Source: Azolla caroliniana | Taxonomy: Eukaryota; Plantae; Polypodiophyta | Assembly (NCBI GenBank): GCA_043228905.1 | Contig: JBHGNT010000003.1 | Coordinates: forward strand, 1,550,001-1,614,000 | Direction of reading: 5' to 3' | DNA length: 64,000 bases | Shown here: positions 56,536 through 64,000 of the stretch, one piece after another | How the letters are laid out: every line of letters starts with the position of its first letter | Numbering within the stretch: the first letter of the stretch is position 1 | Made by a program: the position numbers and the translations under genes | Notes under the pieces: generated by a model | Told to the model about the DNA's origin: nothing | Database searches by the model: none | Seen by the model: only the letters and a program-made list of their open reading frames with translations

Positions 56536-58733
56536 AATTTTTGCTTAAGAATGGATTGTGTGCATCAAAACTTAGCAACAACAAAAGCACCAATGAAAAA
56601 CCAACATTGGAAGTGTGATGATGCTTGGGAGAGTTTTGGAGGCTTTATAATACATATAAGTATGTCATGTATATGTGTGTGTGTGTGTGTGTGTGTAGAC
56701 ACACATGCACCGAAGCGAGTTTCACCTTCCTTTTACCCACTCTTTGTATTCATTTTCTCATGCCGTCTTTTTTTATATCATCATGTCCCCAACCATTTTG
56801 TTTTGAATTCAAACACCACCACTATTCATGTTGTTATTCCCTCTTTTCCTTTGGCAATGAAAGGAATATGTATCAGATTAAATTTCCGGTTTCACTAGAC
56901 ATAAGAGATTGTTCTAGGACAAAATGACTCTTTTCTCCCGCATTAGGTTTCTATCCTAATGTCCATGGGAAAAGGTGATCTACAATGCACAAGATATAAG
57001 AATGAGGTATACAATAAAAATGAAACAAAGGACGCAAATTTTGGTCCCATGGTATTGGCCTTGCTATCTTTACCATATGCCAACGTAAAATATAGGGATC
57101 AAATGCATGCTTGTCTTAATTCATCACTTGTGACGTTTTCACAAGGGAAACTCGATTATTGGAAACTTACATACAAGTAATGAGATCACTTGTTAATTCT
57201 TAAGGCTCATAGCTAATGGATTATACCTCAAAGTTACCATAAATGTAGCGAGATTGTTTGGTAATCATAAATGCTTGTAGCTATTGTCCAAAGTGTCTCT
57301 AGTATTTAAGCTTGTAATTCACATTTAGCATAATATTGCCATGAAAATAATGCTCAAAGGGACTTAAAATGAACTACATCCACATGAAAGCTATTTGTGG
57401 ATAAAAGGAGATAACATTGGATTTTACCTTCTTTTCTAACATTGGTTAACTTCTTTATCTTTTGTATGTTATCAAGTACCAATGCTTCCTAGATGAGTCC
57501 ATTACTTATATTGTCACACAGACCAACACCTTATACACATCACATTAGTCCTAATATAGGATTTCCCCTTCAAACTTTTATCAAACCATAATCTCTCATA
57601 AATGAGATGGAGCAACTTTTCTCCTCAATGTTTAGGTGGCCCACCCACACAAGGGGTGTGGCTTGTACAACCCTCAACCAAAATGCTAGGTACCTCATAC
57701 CATAAAATGTTCAATATTTGTTGTACCAACGGAATCTTTCCATCTAGAGCTAGCACAAAATCCATGGAATGTAAGTTTCATCACTACTATAGCATGTCAA
57801 TTGTTATACCTTCAATTATGACTTGCATAATGCTTTTTGTTTACCATGATGCCTCAACCAAAGACATCACTCAATGATTGTCTTGATGAATCCCAGAATG
57901 GAAAGCCAAAAAAACAATGTTGGATCATATAACTCGAGATACAACCATCATAAAAATTATCTGAGAGAGATGTGAGCTTGGTTATGTGAATAATGATGTG
58001 ACATTCATGAAGATGTGTTGTCCGGGTTAAATAAGCCTTCATGGAAAGATGAAACTTTTAACAAATCATGTTGAAGTTAGTGATGTTTTATTTACATTTT
58101 AATCCATCTAGGCATTTTCTTCTGTTTCTATTGAATAAATAACCTCTTCATTGTATATACCAACACTCTTGTAACATGTGATAAAAGGTTAAATGCTTGA
58201 TTTCATTCACTGTACACCAAAGAATGTAACGAAACAGTTTCGTTTTGCAGTTGTTATCATATTAAGCCTGAACCTGCAATCAAAACAATATCAACAAATT
58301 TCAACCAAACTATACATACATACCATAGAATGGCTATTGTATAGTATATCTTTTTTATTTCTAGGGCATTTTTTGTTAAAATTAGCTTTTTTTTCAAGAT
58401 ATTTTCTATTTCCAAAACTTTCATGATCTTTAATTGCAGTTTAGAACTAAAATATTTTGTTTTTTCTTGCTTTTTTTCCACCATATGGAGTATAATTTAG
58501 AGCCTTCATTCATGATCAACTTACAGAATGACTGATTGATTAGACCATGATAACCTAATAAATAACCATTCAAGAAAAACCTTAATAAAGAAAATCTATT
58601 ATTCATATCTTCTTTAAGAATGAAACTGTCAACAATTTGTTCTTAATTATTTATTTCTACTATTTATAAAGTCTAGTGCATTTTCTAAAACAACAAGAAT
58701 ATGCCATGAAATTTTATTGAAAATAATACTTAC

Positions 58734-61700
58734 TGATTGAAGGAAGATCATGATGGACAAAAAAGCTAGCTGCCACGATTAGATAACATGAGATCAACAT
58801 CAACCCTTTGAAATAGTTCGCTTTTCCTTCCTATAGAAAAAGAATAAATTTTTAAAAATGATTTAATGCATGCTACAAAAACAGGGCACATATCAGATTT
58901 AGTTTTAAGAAATACAGGGCTACATTTCAGATTTAGTTATTGTAAAAACAGTTTTAACAGTTATTTCATGCATGATAGAAGGACAGTGTGACATTTCAGA
59001 TTTAGCTGTTTAAAAATAGTTTTAATAGTTATTCTAACAAACTAGAAAAACAGGTCAATATTTCAGATTTAGTTATTGAGAAAACAGTTATTCCATGCAC
59101 GCATTTCAGATTTAGTGGCAAAAACACTTTTAGCAGTTATTCTATACATGCTATAAGAACAGGGCAACACTTCAGATTGAGAATCAAAACCAATTCTAAT
59201 CGTTATTCTATACATTCTAAAAAGACAGGGAAACTTTTCAGTTTTAGTGATCAAAGAACAGTATAACAGTTATTCCATACATGCATTTTAGATTTGGTTT
59301 AAATGCAGCTTTAACAGGTATTCTATACATACGGGTAACGTTTCAGATTTCGCTTATAAAACAGTTTTGAGAGTTATTGAATACATGCTAGAAGAAAAAG
59401 TGCAACACTTCAAATTTCTCTTAAGAAACAATATTAGAGCTATTCTATACATGCTAGAAGAAAAAGGGTGACATTTCAGATTTAATTGTTTGAGAAACAG
59501 TTGTAAGAATTAGTCTATTCATGGTACAGGAACAGGGAATTTCAGATTTAGTTGTTTAAAATACCATTTTAACAGTTATTCCATGCATGCTAAAAGGACA
59601 GGGCGACATTTCAGATTTAATTGTTTAAGAAAACGTTTTAATAGTTATTCTAACATAATACGAGAACACAGCTGATCTACACTGATCTCACCTGAAGAAG
59701 AAAAGCCACAACAATAACTGTAACTATCAGAGTTGTTGTTTCAAAGACTTGAAAATCTAGATCCATCCGTTTTCCCATTATCCACCCGGTCACCACGCAT
59801 AAGGGGATCTATATAATAGAATCTTAAAATCAATTCAAAAAAGAGGTTTTCAAAACATTATACGATAAACAACATCTACCCCAAAAATTCATATATATAA
59901 ATTATATTTGTATATTCATCCCTACAAATCTTAACATATGATCAAGACTGAAGAAATTTTCCATCCTTACCACAAACATGGAAATCTGTATAGATGATCC
60001 TATTGCAACTGCCAGGGACAAGTCCTGGGAAGAGGAAAACATCCATATATAATTTTAGTAGCATGTATGTGTTGAGAAAAGGATGTGACTGAAAATTCCA
60101 TGTTTTCCTTTTGACTCACTAGCTTATCCTTCATTGCAAATATGATGGCCCCAGCGTGTTCAGCTGCATTTCCAGCAATCGGTAGTATAATAACACTAAC
60201 AAATGGTAAAGGAATACCTAAACTAGATGATGCATCCTGAAGAAGAGAAATTGGATTTTGTAAAACTTTAGTCCAAACAAGAATATTTATCTTCTAGGCA
60301 TTCAAAATTTCATGTGATTACAAGTCTCCGTTTTGACCCAACCAAAAGATATGAGTTCATTTTGCAAATAAGCTAGTATATTTTTAGTAAAACATATTTA
60401 GGTTATTTTATCCATGTCATAGTGCATCTACAATAGCTAACTGCAAATATTGCTCCAAAATCATCTACCTCAATAGTATCTACTAGATTGTTTGATAGGT
60501 AGGCTATCAGAGCAGTGACAACTGCCAGACAAATTGCCGCACCCCATGAACTCAATTCTACTTCCGTCTCATCTTGAAGCAACTCATCCTGTTGGGAAAC
60601 AAATCACAAAAACATAATTTCAAATTCCATAATCTACCAGTTGAGCCTGTTCCTACTATGTTTTGTGTCAGAGTTCTAGTCTTTCTATACCCATTAAACG
60701 TTTTCCACTATATCAGCATAAGTCATTTTATTATCAAACCCATTAATATATATTAACACATTTGATTCAAACATGAATCTTTCAATAAATTCAACATACT
60801 AGATTTCCTTAATATCTCAACACATTTGGTTCAAGCATAAGCCTTTCTATAAATCAAACTAATTAAATTTCCATAGAATGTCAGCCACCTTTTGTCCAAG
60901 CATACGGCTTTCAACATAGTGAAACCCATAAAAATTCTTTTAGTATGTCACCAAAATGTGTTGCAAGAATAATAAATCAGTTCCTTTAGTAAAAGAATAA
61001 CTCAAAAGTAGAGATGAAAGAATATATAAACCTCACTAGGGATGCCATCAAACAGATGTCGGTGGCTTTTCAATTGGAAGTATAGGAAAGCAGCATAGAC
61101 GATCAACATGACACAACTGCTGAATCGCGATAAATTCAATATGCCATCATGAGTCTCTGTGTGTGTCGAATGTAAGACTGCAGGAAGTAGCATCCCAAGG
61201 ACTGCCATCAACAAAAGGCCAGAATTCACACCAGCTATTTCCTGCTAGAGAATTTTCATTTTAAGAGAGGGCTCTGAGAAAATCAATAAAAAATATAGCA
61301 ATCATTAAGTGGGATAGGAGAGAAGGAATTAATGAACGAACGTTTCAAAGCAATACCAAAAAGAAAAGAAATTACAATCAGTAACTGATCAAAAAATAAC
61401 AACACTGCCTGGTGGCTCTTGCCGAAAAACATATAAAGCAAGGTGCGAACAACAATTTCTTTACCTTACTGAACTTTTGACCTCGATCGAGGTGCGAAAT
61501 ACCACCAAGAAAAAACGCACATCCTTGCACCAAGAGAACATTGGATAAAATTGAACCAAGAAGAGAGAGTTGCACTACACGTATCAATCCATTCTGTAGC
61601 GCAAATAAACATATGATAACCTCGGTGGCATTTCCAAATGTTGCATTCAAAAGGCCACCCACTACAATGATCAAACAGAATCTGCTAATGGTTAATGAAT

Positions 61701-62679
61701 AGGAAACAAAATTGGGTGGAAATAATTTATCTTGCTAGTATATTTGTAGAAGAAACATATTAAGAGCATACATGTTGGCCCTGTGTAAAACGCCAATTGT
61801 CTGCAGATACAAAAGAAGCTTATAATTATATGCGTGAATTCTTTGAATGGACACTCAATGAATAGAACCTCTTCAGATACTTACTCTGTAGCATAACCTA
61901 ATCTTTCAGCAAGAGGAACTATGCCGATCAAACTCGTTATAAAGAAAAAGGCCTGTATATAAAAGTATCTAATCGTTTTTGTTAACAGATGGACAGGCCA
62001 TCCACTAGGTAGCCAATATGTCCTTATGTGACAATAAATGTACCAAAGAAGTCAGAGAAAAGAAAAAAGCAACGAAGATGAAACTCGTTATTTGCTTATA
62101 GCTTTTAGTTGTTTTTGTAGATATTTATGCTATGCACCATAAAGGGGAATATGCTAAATCCAGGACAACACCATACAGATAAAATCTTTTTCTTCAAACA
62201 TATCCACTAGGTAACACACAAATTACCTAATCTTTTATCCATACAATATGATATCACATGCCCGAAGCCTATACACGTACACCAAATATATTTGAAGCGC
62301 GAACCATGGATTCATGATGCACACACAATATATTCAACGAGAACACAAAGAAAACGGATTTGATAAAAAAGCAACATAGTATAAAAACCTGTGAATTCCA
62401 TCCAACTGCCTTTACAAAGATTGATGCGGGAATAGTTAGCAGCAACCAGCTGAACTTGTTTTGGACCCAAAACAATAAAATTTGCTTGAAACTTAAGGAG
62501 GATTTTCTCCCCCTATCCACCATGACAACATGTGTGACAGTAGAATGTGACCGCATAAAACATCTCTTGGAAGGAGAAGCCAAAGAGACGTGACACAAGT
62601 TTGATTCTTCATCCACATCAGCATGATCGTCTAAGGGAACAATGCTGTCATTGGTAGTACTCATTATGCTCTCCTTCAT
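58734..62679 (-). CDS. CAX: Vacuolar cation/H+ exchanger (CAX), about 10 coding exons; a short final exon may lie left of 58734
   Basis: [24 protein letters not shown] (c-1 repeat), [18 protein letters not shown]-like segment, [11 protein letters not shown] (c-2 repeat), [27 protein letters not shown]. Confidence 0.93.
58865..59665. repeat. Degenerate intronic minisatellite of about 55-80 bp (about 11 copies) in CAX
   Basis: Recurrent acatttcagatttagtt...aacagttattc(c/t)atacatgct motif. Confidence 0.85.
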
Positions 62680-64000
62680 CTAGCAAAAACATTGTATGAG
62701 ATGCATAAGCTACAAAACTACATTCAAATTAAAAAAGCAATTTTTGCTTTTGTAACCACCATTTAAATGGATTACTTTTAATTTCCAATGTAACAAAATA
62801 TCTCACAGAATTTCTCTGTGTATATATGTACATGCACATAGATAATTACATATACACACACATACATGCATGCATACATAAATTCATAAATACACACATT
62901 GTGAAACCTAGCCAATATACAAAGCATATAAAAAGATATATGTAAATATGCTACTGCATCAGGAGGTATTTGACTAAGAAAATCACATCTTCTCTACAAC
63001 TTAATAAGAACATCCACAATATAACTGTTGGTGTGAACTAAACCCCAATATTTACATGGTGGTCAATGGGGTGGGTGAACATAGCCATTAGACTAAGCAA
63101 GCCTATGTGCAAAATGCTACCTTAGTTGAGTGAACTAAAGAACTAAGATGTACTTTAAGGCATCATTGTATCTCTATCTCCTTGTTAGGAGCAAATGGGT
63201 GTATATCTATCTCCATTGTATCATCTGTTTACTCTAACCCATACAGGTGCTATTCAGTATAAGATTTCTTTGGTTCTTCTGTTTGTTCTCATGTCCATAG
63301 GTCGTGGAGAGGAGTGCACAGGCGTAAAGTCGTCTGGAGACTACTGGATCCTAGGTAGTGGGGTTAGGAAAGGTTGAAGAAGCTGATTCCAGAGATTAAA
63401 AGATTCATTGAGTTTTCATAACAGTGGCATAACCGAGAAGTTTCTGGCTGAGAGATCAGATCAATGCATGTAAAGCGCCAAGAGGATGGAATGAAATGTT
63501 TTGCAAATGTGGAGCCAATTCCTTAGATCCAACGGAATCTAAAGTTCATAGAAACTTTGGCTGATGTTGGCTATGAGATAGTCTTCAGCAAGTCATGAGT
63601 GGATATTGCAACAGAAAGGGGTAGATAGTTTACCTATCTGGATGAACTTGTGCCTGGGATGTTCGGAGCAAAAGAGAACCATGTTTGTGTTGAGTATAAG
63701 AGCATGACAGACGCTAAGTTGCGAAATTAACATTTCCGGCACCTGAGTGTGGAGATATGAAGCTCAACCACACACCTTGCATGTGGAAACACACTCCTGG
63801 GCCACTCACTCCACATCATAAAACATTGGTTCAAAGTTCTAAGTGCACAAAAATTATTCTATAAAAGCAAGGCTCCCCCTCTTGTATCAACTATTAAGTT
63901 ATGCTTGATATAGTGTTGATTATCATCGATTCATAGTTGATTTAGTCTTGATTTATTTGTAGCTTTATCATTATAAAATCATTCCCTATTTTGCTCATAC

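Noticed and set aside
63195-63840. Exon-like, higher-GC segment upstream of CAX
   Set aside because: Stops in the frames examined and no recognisable protein; may be UTR or a decayed fragment.

Overview
Plant nuclear genomic DNA. The intron-containing genes and a Tcn1/Tf1-like chromovirus suggest a non-seed plant such as a fern (inference). Host genes: 5' part of a calcium-dependent protein kinase (minus strand, runs off the left edge), a class II DnaJ/Hsp40 (+), a divergent UBC8/UBE2D-type E2 enzyme (-), a SWEET sugar transporter (-) and a CAX cation/H+ exchanger (-). About 16.3-40.2 kb is a four-level nest of LTR retrotransposons: an old Copia (A) holds a degenerate Tcn1/Tf1-like chromovirus (B), which holds a solo LTR (C) carrying a near-intact Tnt1-like Copia (D), a very young chromovirus (E), and two related solo LTRs (F, G) with 4-bp TSDs. 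Main anomalies: (1) both LTRs of E end in TA instead of CA, and E appears to have integrated through an appended inverted copy of its U3 end, with a perfect 5-bp TSD; (2) B has no tRNA primer site but an 11-nt site complementary to its own predicted transcript 5' end (Tf1-style self-priming), triplicated; (3) a poly(A)-tailed, TSD-flanked Cullin-1 retrocopy with permuted segment order sits inside a LINE; (4) D has lost most of its 5' LTR and now lies behind the promoter of the related LTR it inserted into. All coordinates were read by eye; no alignments or database searches were run.
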